Source: Hyphomicrobiales bacterium (GTDB lineage: Bacteria > Pseudomonadota > Alphaproteobacteria > Rhizobiales > Methyloligellaceae). From it: DNA of 64,000 nt. Position 1 is the stretch's first letter. Each line of letters opens with the position of its first letter. This document shows positions 1 to 9,606 of the stretch, piece by piece. The notes beneath the pieces were generated by a model that had not been told where the DNA came from, did no database searches, and was given only the letters and a program-made list of their open reading frames with translations. The stretch is taken from the NCBI GenBank assembly GCA_021775525.1, contig JAJFHQ010000097.1, positions 244 to 64,243 of the forward strand, in the 5' to 3' direction. The position numbers and the translations under genes are program-made.

Positions 1-1
1 G

Positions 2-640
2 AATGGCCGTGGGAGATTTGACCCGGCAAACCCGAAAACCATCCCCAAGATCAATTTTCTGATGCTGATGCGGAACGAGCGCATGGCGGCTCTCGACATT
101 GTGTTCGACGACAAACAACAAACCCTCACACTGCTGCGCGATGGCCGGTCAGTCGTCAAAGGTGCACTTAACACACCGCTCGGGCGACAACTCATTGAGC
201 AGTTCATGGGCAGCTTTATGGAGCAGGATTTGCGAGGAGCGCCGCACATCGTCCAGGCTGAGGGGCATAGCTTTTCCGATGTTTCGGAGAAGTGCCTGCA
301 CATTGTCAACCTTGCCAGCCTGCGCGAACTCGAACGTGCGCTGAACAAGGAAATCGACCCCCTGCGGTTTCGCGCCAATATCTATATCGAGACGGAACAG
401 CCCTGGGTCGAGTTCGACTGGATCGACACCCGGTTGAATATTGGAGACGCCCAACTGGAAGTGTATGCCCGGACCGAGCGCTGCGCGGCGACCAATGTCG
501 ACCCGCACACGGCTGAGCGGGACATGGCTATTCCTGCCATGCTCATGCGCACTTACGATCATCAGGATTTCGGAGTCTATGCAAAAGTAACAAAGGGCGG
601 GAAAATTAAAACCGGTGACACTGTCACCGTCGCGCCCTAG
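2..640 (+). CDS. MOSC domain-containing protein (5' end runs off the window)
   Basis: The reading frame of track ORF 62..640 stays open back to nt 2 (NGRGRFDPANPKTIPKINFL...), so the gene is truncated by the window edge. The C-terminal half carries the MOSC-type conserved cysteine context ERCAATNVDPHTAERD. Confidence 0.75.
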   Translation, partial: NGRGRFDPANPKTIPKINFLMLMRNERMAALDIVFDDKQQTLTLLRDGRSVVKGALNTPLGRQLIEQFMGSFMEQDLRGAPHIVQAEGHSFSDVSEKCLHIVNLASLRELERALNKEIDPLRFRANIYIETEQPWVEFDWIDTRLNIGDAQLEVYARTERCAATNVDPHTAERDMAIPAMLMRTYDHQDFGVYAKVTKGGKIKTGDTVTVAP

Positions 641-683
641 TCCCGTTTTTCGTTTTGGAATTCAACTTCAGAGCCGGGATGAT

Positions 684-1241
684 TTAAGTGACGGCTTCGT
701 CGGGGGTCTCGTCGGCGCCGTCCTTTTCCGGTGCATCTTTTGAATCCGGATCATCAGCTCCGTCGGCCTGGCTCTTTTCATCTGCACCATTACCAGAGGA
801 CTTGGTTGTTCGGGCGATGGTCCGGGCCAAACCATCCTCGGCACTCTCATCTTTGGCTGGAGCGTTACTGACGGCGGCTTCCTGTGCAACGGCAGGCTGT
901 TCACTATCCCTGCCCTCACCCGAGCCGTTTGGACGGGCGCGCGGTGTGGGAGATCCGTTGGCACCCTCGCTTTGCTGCGCCTGATTGGCCATGATGATAC
1001 GGTTGTAATGCTCGGCATGTTGCAAATAACTCTCACCGGCAACCATGTCTCCAGAAGACAGGGCGTCGCGTGCGAGCGTCGAATATTTTTCCGCGATATG
1101 CGATGCGGTACCCCTGATCTTCACATCAGGACCGTTCGACTCAAGATTACGGCTGAGCGGATTCTGCGGCTTGCGGCCACGACTGCGTCCACGCCGGTTT
1201 TGTTGTCCTTGCCTCATTGGCTTTCTTGGTCCATTGGCCAT
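684..1241 (-). CDS. DUF4167 domain-containing protein
   Basis: 185-aa ORF. It has a basic N-terminus (RRGRSRGRKPQNPLSRN) followed by HIAEKYSTLARDA...YLQHAEHYNR, which I recognise as the alphaproteobacterial DUF4167 pattern, and an acidic, low-complexity C-terminus. Confidence 0.75.
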   Translation of the reverse strand: MANGPRKPMRQGQQNRRGRSRGRKPQNPLSRNLESNGPDVKIRGTASHIAEKYSTLARDALSSGDMVAGESYLQHAEHYNRIIMANQAQQSEGANGSPTPRARPNGSGEGRDSEQPAVAQEAAVSNAPAKDESAEDGLARTIARTTKSSGNGADEKSQADGADDPDSKDAPEKDGADETPDEAVT

Positions 1242-1659
1242 TTTTTAGGTCCTGCGAGTCGTTAATTACCGTTGCGCCCGGCTTTTGCCGGCACCTGCAT
1301 CAGATCGTTCTGGAGTGCCCCGCCCCTTCATTTCCAATCTTCTATACGGTCCTGGAATTCCAATTCACTGGAATGAGATATCCACCAACTGTAAGGTATA
1401 TTCCATGACCGTCTCAGCGAGGGTTCGCCCATTCAAGCCTGTGGTTACACACACGCAACTCAAGCCCGGGCAGAAAACAAACCGCGCCGTGTTCTTCAAA
1501 TCGCACCGCCACAGAGACACGTTCAGTCCCTGTATCGAACGCATTAAATCCGGCTGTTTTCGGCTTGCTCACGTTGACCCGTTCAAACTCGTATGAACGC
1601 GCCACGTAAGTTGACCCTAGCGTGATCGAACAAAATTTCCAACCCCTTTTTCCGCTTCT

Positions 1660-2568
1660 TTACAGCATTGGTGAACGCTTTGCTGCAACGCATCTCACTC
1701 GCCCCGCCATGTCCTTCCACTGCCTGACCTGATCAATAAAAACATCCCCGGCGATATCCCGTAACAGTACATTGACCGCTTGAGCCTGGCCGTCCCCGAT
1801 TTCGAACATGGCCCAGCCACCCGGCGCAAGAATGTCGGGCAAAGCCGTCACGATGATACGAGTGGCATCCAGTCCGTCCGAACCACCATCGAGTGCCGCC
1901 CTGGGATCGTACCGAGTAACTTCCGGATCAAGTCCGGCGATGTCGCAGGCCGGGATATAAGGGGGGTTGGCCGTAACCAGATTGAATTTCTGGCCTATTC
2001 CCTTATGCCAGGATGCGCAGACGAATTGTGTACGTCTGGCCACTCCATGCCGCTCCGCGTTGGCGCGGGCAATCTCCAGCGCCGGGAGGCTCAGATCCGT
2101 ACCGACTCCGGTCGCATTCTTGAGTTCATGCAGGAGGGACACAAGGATGCACCCGGACCCGGTCCCCAAATCCAATACTCTCAGCTCTTTCGAACTGTCG
2201 CCATCGCGCGCGACCTCCAGCGCGGCTGAGACCAGCGTTTCTGTATCTGGGCGCGGGTCCAGCGTCTCTGGGCCAATCACAAAATCCAGGCCCCAGAATT
2301 CGCGCACGCCCAATATGCGTGAAACGGGTTCCCGGTCGCAGCGCCGCCTGGCGCTCTTCCTGATGTTCTTGAACTCCTCCTCGCTGACCTCACGCTCCGG
2401 ACTGGCGGCAAAGCGCTCATGTGAAATTGCACAAGCATCGCAGATAAGCAGGCGGGCATCGAGTTCGGGGGTAGCAATGCAGTTGGCGCGCAACTCCTTT
2501 ACGAGATCGCGGTGCACACGGCCAAGGTCATGCGCCAGTGTTTTGGTGTTATGCAGCGGGTTGCTCAT
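1660..2568 (-). CDS. prmC: peptide chain release factor N(5)-glutamine methyltransferase
   Basis: 302 aa with a SAM motif [11 protein letters not shown] and the catalytic NPPY motif ([10 protein letters not shown]). It overlaps the prfA stop by 20 nt, the classic prfA-prmC arrangement. Confidence 0.92.
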   Translation of the reverse strand: MSNPLHNTKTLAHDLGRVHRDLVKELRANCIATPELDARLLICDACAISHERFAASPEREVSEEEFKNIRKSARRRCDREPVSRILGVREFWGLDFVIGPETLDPRPDTETLVSAALEVARDGDSSKELRVLDLGTGSGCILVSLLHELKNATGVGTDLSLPALEIARANAERHGVARRTQFVCASWHKGIGQKFNLVTANPPYIPACDIAGLDPEVTRYDPRAALDGGSDGLDATRIIVTALPDILAPGGWAMFEIGDGQAQAVNVLLRDIAGDVFIDQVRQWKDMAGRVRCVAAKRSPML

Positions 2569-3643
2569 CTATCGCGGCAAGCTGACTGGCCTGCTGTTCG
2601 GTAACAAGCGCATCGATGATTTCGTCCAGGCCGCCGCCTTCCAGCACTTCGTTCAGCCGGTGCAGCGTCAAATTGATCCGGTGGTCGGTGATGCGCCCTT
2701 GCGGAAAATTATAGGTCCTGATGCGCTGGGAGCGGTCCCCGGTGCCGACCTGCCCGCGACGGTCCGCAGCGCGTTCGGCATCCTGTTTCTCGCGCTCCTT
2801 GTCGTAGAGCCGGGCGCGCATCACCTTCATCGCTTTGGCCCTGTTCTTGTGCTGGGACTTCTCATCCTGCTGGATCACGATGATGCCGGTGGGCAAATGG
2901 GTAATGCGTACCGCACTGTCGGTGGTGTTGACCGACTGCCCTCCCGGGCCGCTGGCGCGGAACACATCGACCCGCAATTCCTTTTCGTCCAGATCGATGT
3001 CCACGTCTTCGGCTTCCGGCAGCACGGCGACTGTCGCTGCGGATGTATGGATGCGCCCACTTGATTCCGTTTCCGGCACGCGCTGAACGCGGTGTACGCC
3101 GGATTCAAATTTGAGACGCGAGAAAGCGCCCTTGCCGCTAACGCCGGCGATGATCTCCTTGTACCCGCCCATGGCCGCTTCACTGGCGGAAATAATCTCC
3201 ATCTTCCAGCCCTTCAAGTCCGTGTAACGCTGATACATGCGGTAGAGATCGCCCGCGAACAGGGCCGCTTCATCACCGCCTGTTCCCGCACGCACTTCAA
3301 GAATGACGTTTTTCTCATCAGCCGCATCCTTGGGCAGGAGCAGCACGCGCAGGCTCTGCTCCATGTCCGTTATCCTGGGAACAATCTCCTCGAACTCGGT
3401 CTTTGCCAGCTCCACCATTTCTGCATCAGCGTCTCTGTCGGAGATGATCTCGGCCAGATCCGCGCTTTCGTTCTTGGCCGCGCGCATCTCGTTGATTGCG
3501 GTAACGATGGGATCAAGCTCGGCAAATTCACGCGCCAGAGGGACGTAGACATCCTGGTCCGGCCCCGCTGCAAGTTCACCCTGCACGGTCTCCCAGCGCT
3601 GCACCAGCTGCTCAAGTTTTTCTTCTGGAATTGCGGACATCAT
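2549..3643 (-). CDS. prfA: peptide chain release factor 1
   Basis: GGQ motif ([23 protein letters not shown]) and an RF1-type PxT tripeptide context ([10 protein letters not shown]). The track ORF begins at TTG 3688. ATG-ATG at 3643/3640 ([13 protein letters not shown]...) gives a normal RF1 length, so the start is uncertain by a few codons. Confidence 0.95.
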   Translation of the reverse strand: MMSAIPEEKLEQLVQRWETVQGELAAGPDQDVYVPLAREFAELDPIVTAINEMRAAKNESADLAEIISDRDADAEMVELAKTEFEEIVPRITDMEQSLRVLLLPKDAADEKNVILEVRAGTGGDEAALFAGDLYRMYQRYTDLKGWKMEIISASEAAMGGYKEIIAGVSGKGAFSRLKFESGVHRVQRVPETESSGRIHTSAATVAVLPEAEDVDIDLDEKELRVDVFRASGPGGQSVNTTDSAVRITHLPTGIIVIQQDEKSQHKNRAKAMKVMRARLYDKEREKQDAERAADRRGQVGTGDRSQRIRTYNFPQGRITDHRINLTLHRLNEVLEGGGLDEIIDALVTEQQASQLAAIDEQPAA

Positions 3644-3688
3644 GCTCCGTTGAGTGACAATCTTTCTCGGGGGGCCATTGTAGACCAA

Positions 3689-4585
3689 TTAGGGAAGTTT
3701 ATCGGATTTCCGGTTGTCCGGGTCCGATATTTGCGGACGTACAGGCTCTTTATCAAGCGGTCTCATGAAATTCCACGCACTGCGCATGATACGGGGGATG
3801 GGTTCCGGAAGCGTGTCCAGCGCGGACCATACCATGCGCGGGTGCTTCGCGGAGTACCAGAGGCCCGCGCCAAGTGCCACAACAAACCCGATCAGAAAAA
3901 CCCAGTTGAGAAGAGCCTTCACCAGCTTTGCCACGCGGCCTTTTGGTTTTTCATCTGCTTCGGGCTTGGGCTGGCTCACAATTGGCTGCGATTGTGGTTG
4001 TGACTGCGGCGACCGTGGAGGAGGAGGCGGCTGAGATCCATGCGGCGCCGCGGCGCCCGGGGGCTGTGGCAACGGGCTGTGCCTGGACGGCGGTGGAGGT
4101 GGCGAAGGCGGAGAAGGAGGCGAAGACGGCTTGGCCGAGGGCGGTATCGGTAGCCCCGCAGCTCTGGTTGATGGAGGTGATGCCGGGGCCTGGGATGGCG
4201 CGGTCGGGGCCGGGGGGGCTTGTGAAGCTACTGCCGAGGCACGCTTGTTCGCCACGAGCTGCCCTTCCAGCCGTCGCAGGATGGGCCGCGAATCCAGCCC
4301 CAGTTGCGTCGCGTAGGTGGTAACGATACGACCCAGTTCCGGCCATTCCGGCAAGGCCAGCAATGCACCATTCTCCAGTGCCTCGATTGTTTCGATTGGC
4401 GTCGCAAGACGGGCAGCCATTTGCTGCGCAGACATGCCGGATGCCCGGCGCATTTCCCGGAAAATGGTCGCCAGCTCCGCATCGTGGCCTGCAGGCATTT
4501 CAGTGATGGCGCGGATATGCAGGCGTGAGTCATCCTCCCCGCCATCGGGCGGGGGCGCGTCAGGTGCGCCTGGCTGGGATGACAT
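3689..4585 (-). CDS. helix-turn-helix domain protein with a proline-rich linker and a C-terminal transmembrane segment
   Basis: The ORF is 3689..4672. The likely start is ATG 4585 (MSSQPG...), preceded by GGGGGA. It has an Xre-like HTH (GMSAQQMAARLATPIETIEALENG), a long P/S/A-rich region (PPSPPSPPPPPS...), and then a hydrophobic helix VFLIGFVVALGAGLWY. Confidence 0.6.
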   Translation of the reverse strand: MSSQPGAPDAPPPDGGEDDSRLHIRAITEMPAGHDAELATIFREMRRASGMSAQQMAARLATPIETIEALENGALLALPEWPELGRIVTTYATQLGLDSRPILRRLEGQLVANKRASAVASQAPPAPTAPSQAPASPPSTRAAGLPIPPSAKPSSPPSPPSPPPPPSRHSPLPQPPGAAAPHGSQPPPPPRSPQSQPQSQPIVSQPKPEADEKPKGRVAKLVKALLNWVFLIGFVVALGAGLWYSAKHPRMVWSALDTLPEPIPRIMRSAWNFMRPLDKEPVRPQISDPDNRKSDKLP

Positions 4586-4728
4586 TCCCCCTGCAGTCCT
4601 TCTTTCCGCCGCATGTGCAAATCGACAATTAAACGTCCGGATATTCCCAACCCGGCCATTAGCGCGACTCACATGACACTGATTAAACTAGAATGCAGGC
4701 AAAGCTGCAACGCGCTCTCTCGTCCCTC

Positions 4729-6975
4729 TCAAATCTCAACCCCGTTCAGAGTTGCAAATTCTCCCAGATGTCGCCTTATTTGTGCTGATTCCCCGGCCAC
4801 AACCTCCTGCAATTTGTGACTGGCAGCGTTTGCGTCGAGAGTCCGTATCATCGCCTTGACCGGACCGAGAGAAGCCGGTGCCATCGAGATCGAGCGGAAT
4901 CCGAGACCAATCAGCGCCAAGGCTTCCAGCGGTTGTCCGGCCATTTCCCCGCACAGAGTAAGAGGTACATTATACGCCCTCGCCTTGGAGACAATATCAC
5001 CAAGCATGTTCAGAACCGGTGCTGACAGCGGATCAAAACGCTGTGAAACATTCACATTTGTTCGGTCGGCAGCGTAAAGAAACTGTAGCAGGTCATTGCT
5101 GCCCACGGAGGCAAAGTCGACCACATGGAAAAGCTGGTCAAGCTGCCACAGCAAGGCCGGCACCTCGATCATGACACCCAACAGGAGTTTTTCGGGAAGC
5201 GGATAACCATGCTGCTCCATATGCCGGGTTTCCTTGTCGATCAGCTCACGTGCCGCCAACACCTCCGCAACATCCGACACCATGGGCAACATGATCCGCA
5301 CCTCGCGGCCATTTGCGGCGCGCATCAAAGCGCGCAGCTGCGTTCGCAACAATGCCGGGCGGTCGAGGGCCATGCGGATTGCGCGCCAGCCAAGCGCGGG
5401 ATTTTCCTCATGTGTCGATCGCAAATAGGGCAACACCTTGTCGCCGCCAACATCCAGCGAGCGGAACACAACCGGTTTGCCATCAACCTCATCCAGCACT
5501 TGCGAATACATTTTCTGCTGCTCATCGAGGCGCGGAAATGTCGAGGCAATCATGAACTGGAACTCGGTACGAAACAGACCGATGCCGCTGGCGCCCGATT
5601 CAGACAGGTGGGGCAGATCGACCAGCAGGCCGGCATTCATCAGCAGTTCAATTTCAACGCCATCCTTTGATACAGACGGCTCGTCTTTCAGCTTGGCATA
5701 TTGCGCCTGTCGCTGCGCCTTGAACCCCAGCTTGTCTTGATAGGTGGACACAAGGTCAGGGGTCGGCCGGATATGAATTTCTCCTGCATCCGCATCAACG
5801 ACCACCTCGTCACCGGTCTCGAGAAAATTCAGAATGCTGTCGGCCTGGCCAATGGCTGGCAGATCGAGTGCGCGCGCGACAATAGCCACGTGACTGGAAC
5901 TTGCGCCCTCCTCGAGGATGAGTCCGCGCAACCGTTCCCTGTCATAATCTAGAAGCTCTGCTGGGCCCATTGTGTGGGCAACCAGAATGGTGTCCTCCGG
6001 CAAATCTTCATCGGCCGCGGTCGTACGCCCGGTGAGCATCCGCAGAAGCCGGTTAGACAAATCATTGAGGTCGTTGAAACGTTCTTTCAAAAATGGAGCC
6101 GTCTGACGCACGATGCGCGCTCTTGTATCGTTTTGCACCTTGGCGACCGCGGCCTCCGCAGTCAGGCCGGTGACAATGGCTTCGTTCATCCGCCGTATCC
6201 AGCCACGGTCGTGGGCGAACATTCGGTAGGCTTCCAGCACGTCGCGATGCTCGCCAGCCCGCGCGACGTCGCCGCGCGCGAGCATGTCATCAATCGTCTC
6301 GCGAAGCCGGTCAATGGCTTTCGCCAAGCGTTTCGCTTCATGCTCCGGATCGTCCGCAATCAGGGTTTTGACGGCAACACGGGGCACATGAAGCACCACG
6401 TGACCGATAGCGATTCCTTCCGAGAGGGTAACTCCGTTCAGATCTCTTTGCGCTCGTGATCCGGGCGCTCTTGCCAGGCCCAGCTCACCCGTGGCAACGA
6501 GCTCCGCGAGCACCATCGCGGTGATCTGCAACGCTTCGACCTCTTCTTCAGAATAGTGGCGCGGCGTGCGGTTCTGCACGGTCAGCACGCCAACGGCACG
6601 ACCCTGCCGAAGGATAGGGACACCCAGGAAAGAGTGATAGATTTCCTCCCCTGTTTCTGGCCGATAGGAGAAGGAAGGGTGGTCCTGTGCCTCGGGCAGG
6701 TTTACGGCCTCGGCGCGCTCAACCACCAGGCCCACAAGGCCTTCTCCTCGGGCGAGGTGGGTTTCGTGAACAGCCTCAGGCTTCAAACCCTCGGTCGCTA
6801 CGAGTTCCATGGATTCGTCGCGCCGGCGCAAGTAGATCGAGCAAACCTCAGCGACCATGATGGCAGCGATATCCACCACGATCCGGGCGAGACGGGACTC
6901 GCCGCTTTCGGAGAGCGCCATGATCTCGCGAAGGCGGCGGAGCAGAACCCGGGGCGCTCCATGTGTTGTGGTCAT
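4729..6975 (-). CDS. ptsP: phosphoenolpyruvate-protein phosphotransferase, PTS-Ntr enzyme I with N-terminal GAF domain
   Basis: About 748 aa. It has an N-terminal GAF-like region and EI motifs (GGASSHVAIVARALDLPA with the phosphohistidine, GIGLFRTEFQF, SVGSNDLLQF). The likely start is ATG 6975 (MTTTHG...), while the track ORF extends to 7017. Confidence 0.92.
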   Translation of the reverse strand: MTTTHGAPRVLLRRLREIMALSESGESRLARIVVDIAAIMVAEVCSIYLRRRDESMELVATEGLKPEAVHETHLARGEGLVGLVVERAEAVNLPEAQDHPSFSYRPETGEEIYHSFLGVPILRQGRAVGVLTVQNRTPRHYSEEEVEALQITAMVLAELVATGELGLARAPGSRAQRDLNGVTLSEGIAIGHVVLHVPRVAVKTLIADDPEHEAKRLAKAIDRLRETIDDMLARGDVARAGEHRDVLEAYRMFAHDRGWIRRMNEAIVTGLTAEAAVAKVQNDTRARIVRQTAPFLKERFNDLNDLSNRLLRMLTGRTTAADEDLPEDTILVAHTMGPAELLDYDRERLRGLILEEGASSSHVAIVARALDLPAIGQADSILNFLETGDEVVVDADAGEIHIRPTPDLVSTYQDKLGFKAQRQAQYAKLKDEPSVSKDGVEIELLMNAGLLVDLPHLSESGASGIGLFRTEFQFMIASTFPRLDEQQKMYSQVLDEVDGKPVVFRSLDVGGDKVLPYLRSTHEENPALGWRAIRMALDRPALLRTQLRALMRAANGREVRIMLPMVSDVAEVLAARELIDKETRHMEQHGYPLPEKLLLGVMIEVPALLWQLDQLFHVVDFASVGSNDLLQFLYAADRTNVNVSQRFDPLSAPVLNMLGDIVSKARAYNVPLTLCGEMAGQPLEALALIGLGFRSISMAPASLGPVKAMIRTLDANAASHKLQEVVAGESAQIRRHLGEFATLNGVEI

Positions 6976-7053
6976 TTGACAAATCTCAAGCGGCCCGGGC
7001 CGAAGCCGAAGCCGCACATCAAGTTTTTAGTGTTCTGGTCCTGTACAGTTGGA

Positions 7054-8301
7054 TCAGGCGCTATCCAGACCGTATAGCGAATGCAGTGATCGCACGGCCA
7101 GTTCCGCATAAGCGGCGTCGATCAGAATACTGATCTTGATTTCCGAAGTTGAAATCGCCTCGATATTGATGCCCTTCTCGGCCAGCGCCTTGAACATCTG
7201 TGCCGCGACGCCGGCATGAGAGCGCATCCCGACACCAATCACCGAAACCTTGACCACATCTGTGGAGCCGCGCAAATCGGCATATCCGATATCGTCCTTG
7301 AGACCTTTCAGCACATCGAGCGCCTTGTCCAGTTCGGCTGCAGCCACCGTGAAGGTCATGTCGGTGGTCCGGTCGTCTGCGGAAACGTTCTGGACAATCA
7401 TGTCCACGTTGATCCTGGCTTCCGCCAATGGACCGAACACCCGTGCGGCCACGCCGGGCTTGTCCGCAACCTTAATGAGTGTGACCTTGGCCTCGTCCTT
7501 GGTATAGGCGATGCCGCTAACGACCTGCTGTTCCACGATTTCGTCCTCGTCACAAACGAGCGTTCCCGCTCCCTCTTCACCCGCCGGAACTTCATCCGGC
7601 GGCTCGAAACTTGAGCGCACCAGGACTCTTACCTGATGCACCATTGCCAGTTGCACCGAACGCGTTTGCAGTACCTTGGCCCCGAGAGACGCCATCTCCA
7701 GCATCTCTTCATAGGAGATTTTGTCAAGGCGCTGAGCCTGCGGCACGACCCGCGGATCGGTCGTATAGATGCCGTCCACATCGGTATAAATATCACAGCG
7801 TTCCGTACCAAGTGCCGCGGCCAGAGCCACGGCGCTGGTGTCTGAACCGCCGCGCCCGAGCGTGGTGATGCGATTGTGTGGTCCAAGGCCCTGGAAGCCC
7901 GGAACAACCGCCACCTCGTTAGCCTCAAGGCTGCTTTTCAATTCTTCGGTCTTAACATCAATGATGCGCGCGGAACTATGGGCATCGTCCGTGAAAACGG
8001 GAACCTGCCACCCTTGCCACGAACGGGCTGCAATCCCCATCGATTGAAGCACGATCGCCAGCAGCCCCGAGGTCACTTGCTCTCCGGAGGATACCACCGT
8101 GTCATACTCGTGCGGATCGGCCTTCGGGGAAGCTTCGTTCACCCATTCGATGAGCTGGTTGGTTTGACCTGACATAGCCGAGACAACCACGGCGCATTGA
8201 TGCCCCGCATCAACCTCGCGTTTCACATGACCCGCGGCAATGCGGATTCGCTCAATGTCCGCGACCGACGTTCCGCCAAATTTCATCACCAACAGGGCCA
8301 T
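7054..8301 (-). CDS. lysC: aspartate kinase
   Basis: It starts MALLVMKFGGTSVAD, carries the kinase core GRGGSDTSAVALAAAL, and has two C-terminal ACT-like regions. The start is taken at ATG 8301, while the track ORF starts 4 codons earlier. Confidence 0.95.
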   Translation of the reverse strand: MALLVMKFGGTSVADIERIRIAAGHVKREVDAGHQCAVVVSAMSGQTNQLIEWVNEASPKADPHEYDTVVSSGEQVTSGLLAIVLQSMGIAARSWQGWQVPVFTDDAHSSARIIDVKTEELKSSLEANEVAVVPGFQGLGPHNRITTLGRGGSDTSAVALAAALGTERCDIYTDVDGIYTTDPRVVPQAQRLDKISYEEMLEMASLGAKVLQTRSVQLAMVHQVRVLVRSSFEPPDEVPAGEEGAGTLVCDEDEIVEQQVVSGIAYTKDEAKVTLIKVADKPGVAARVFGPLAEARINVDMIVQNVSADDRTTDMTFTVAAAELDKALDVLKGLKDDIGYADLRGSTDVVKVSVIGVGMRSHAGVAAQMFKALAEKGINIEAISTSEIKISILIDAAYAELAVRSLHSLYGLDSA

Positions 8302-8446
8302 GGGCCATTCCACTCATTGCTCAGTCTGCGCTTGCGCATGGCGCAACGTCATTCATATGGCGCGTATACATAGTCCGTCGAATGCGCTCCTGCAACAAAG
8401 GTGCACGCCCTTGACAAGTGTGAGTGGCCATACGCCCAATGCGGCG

Positions 8447-9205
8447 ATGATCGGAACCGGACATTCAAACCCCAGCTCTACGCTGGATGCGGACGAAGTT
8501 GCACGCTTTGCGGCCATGGCCGACGAGTGGTGGGATCCCCATGGAAAGTTCCGCCCGCTGCATGACCTCAATCCGGTTCGGCTCACATTTATCCGCGATT
8601 CGCTTTGTGCGCATTTCGGACTCGACTCATCAGCACCGCGTTCTTTCGAGGGTTTGACCATTGCCGATATTGGCTGTGGAGGCGGCCTGTTGTGCGAACC
8701 GATGTTCCGGCTCGGCGCACGAGTCACGGGGCTCGATCCCGCAAGCGAGAGTATCGAAGCGGCCCGCATCCACGCCCAGGCTCAGGGACTGGACATCACC
8801 TACCGGGCTGACCTGGCTGAAACGCTTATTGAAGAAGGAGCCCTCTTCGACGCGGTGTTCGCCATGGAAGTTGTGGAGCATGTACCCGACGTGCCCGAAT
8901 TTGCAAAAGTTGCGGCGAGCTTGGTGCGTCCCGGCGGGCTGATGCTGCTCTCGACTATCAACCGCACAGTTAAATCCTACGCGCTCGCAATTGTCGGTGC
9001 CGAATTTGTGATGCGCTGGCTGCCGATCGGCACGCATCGTTGGGACCGTTTTGTTACGCCGGAAGAACTGGCGTCCGCCTGCCAGGAGGCGGGGCTCGTT
9101 GAGAGCGGCCGCAAGGGCATGGTGTTCAATCCCCTTGCCGGATCGTGGAACCTCTCGCGCGATACCGATGTCAATTACCTGATGGCCGCGGGCAGGCCCG
9201 GCTAG
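8447..9205 (+). CDS. ubiG: bifunctional 3-demethylubiquinol/2-polyprenyl-6-hydroxyphenol O-methyltransferase
   Basis: Typical UbiG N-terminus (EVARFAAMADEWWDPHGKFRPLHDLNPVRL) and SAM motif IADIGCGGGLL. The track ORF starts at 8240, inside lysC. ATG 8447 or GTG 8420 give the expected length of about 250 aa. Confidence 0.9.
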   Translation: MIGTGHSNPSSTLDADEVARFAAMADEWWDPHGKFRPLHDLNPVRLTFIRDSLCAHFGLDSSAPRSFEGLTIADIGCGGGLLCEPMFRLGARVTGLDPASESIEAARIHAQAQGLDITYRADLAETLIEEGALFDAVFAMEVVEHVPDVPEFAKVAASLVRPGGLMLLSTINRTVKSYALAIVGAEFVMRWLPIGTHRWDRFVTPEELASACQEAGLVESGRKGMVFNPLAGSWNLSRDTDVNYLMAAGRPG

Positions 9206-9606
9206 TTGTGATCCTCGGGCAGGGTCGGCAGGGGATGGAACTCCACCCCCTCTTCACTCAGTGATTGTGCCTCTTCCGATGTCGCCTTGCCGTAAATGCC
9301 GCGCGGCTCGGCTTCCTCGCGGTGTATCTTGCGTGCCTCGCTTGCGAACTGGTCGCCCACATTATCGGCATTTTCTATCACATGCTCACGGACGGAGCGC
9401 AAAGCATCCGTGATCTCTTTTTTGATTTTGCCAGATTTTTTCGTGCCAGCGATGCCGGGAGCCATTGGCGCTTTCGAAATTTTTACCGACCCGCATCGGG
9501 GGCAGGTGACGAGGCCGCGCTTTGCCTGGTCGTCATAGGCGGATGAATTGGCAAACCAGCCCTCGAATTCATGGTCCTTGTCGCATGTCAGGACGTAGCG
9601 GATCAT
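9202..9606 (-). CDS. DUF1178 family protein
   Basis: 134 aa. The N-terminus MIRYVLTCDKDHEFEGWF...CPRCGS is the characteristic DUF1178 zinc-ribbon-like pattern. It has 4-nt overlaps with both neighbours. Confidence 0.8.
   Translation of the reverse strand: MIRYVLTCDKDHEFEGWFANSSAYDDQAKRGLVTCPRCGSVKISKAPMAPGIAGTKKSGKIKKEITDALRSVREHVIENADNVGDQFASEARKIHREEAEPRGIYGKATSEEAQSLSEEGVEFHPLPTLPEDHN

Noticed and set aside
1967-3064. 365-aa plus-strand ORF antisense to prmC/prfA. The same class includes 3092..4003, 5125..5670, 15468..16196, 16437..17336, 23160..23984, 25888..26604, 31359..32120, 34464..35657, 36476..37318, 36700..37500, 38618..39199, 43168..43857, 56936..57706 and 60428..61171.
   Set aside because: All lie opposite genes with unmistakable family signatures. 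They have low-complexity R/A/G/P-rich translations typical of shadow ORFs in GC-rich DNA, and none has a recognisable motif.
2549-3688. Checked the release factor gene for a prfB-type programmed +1 frameshift
   Set aside because: The protein is RF1 (PxT context, prmC downstream) and is encoded in one continuous frame, so no frameshift site is needed.
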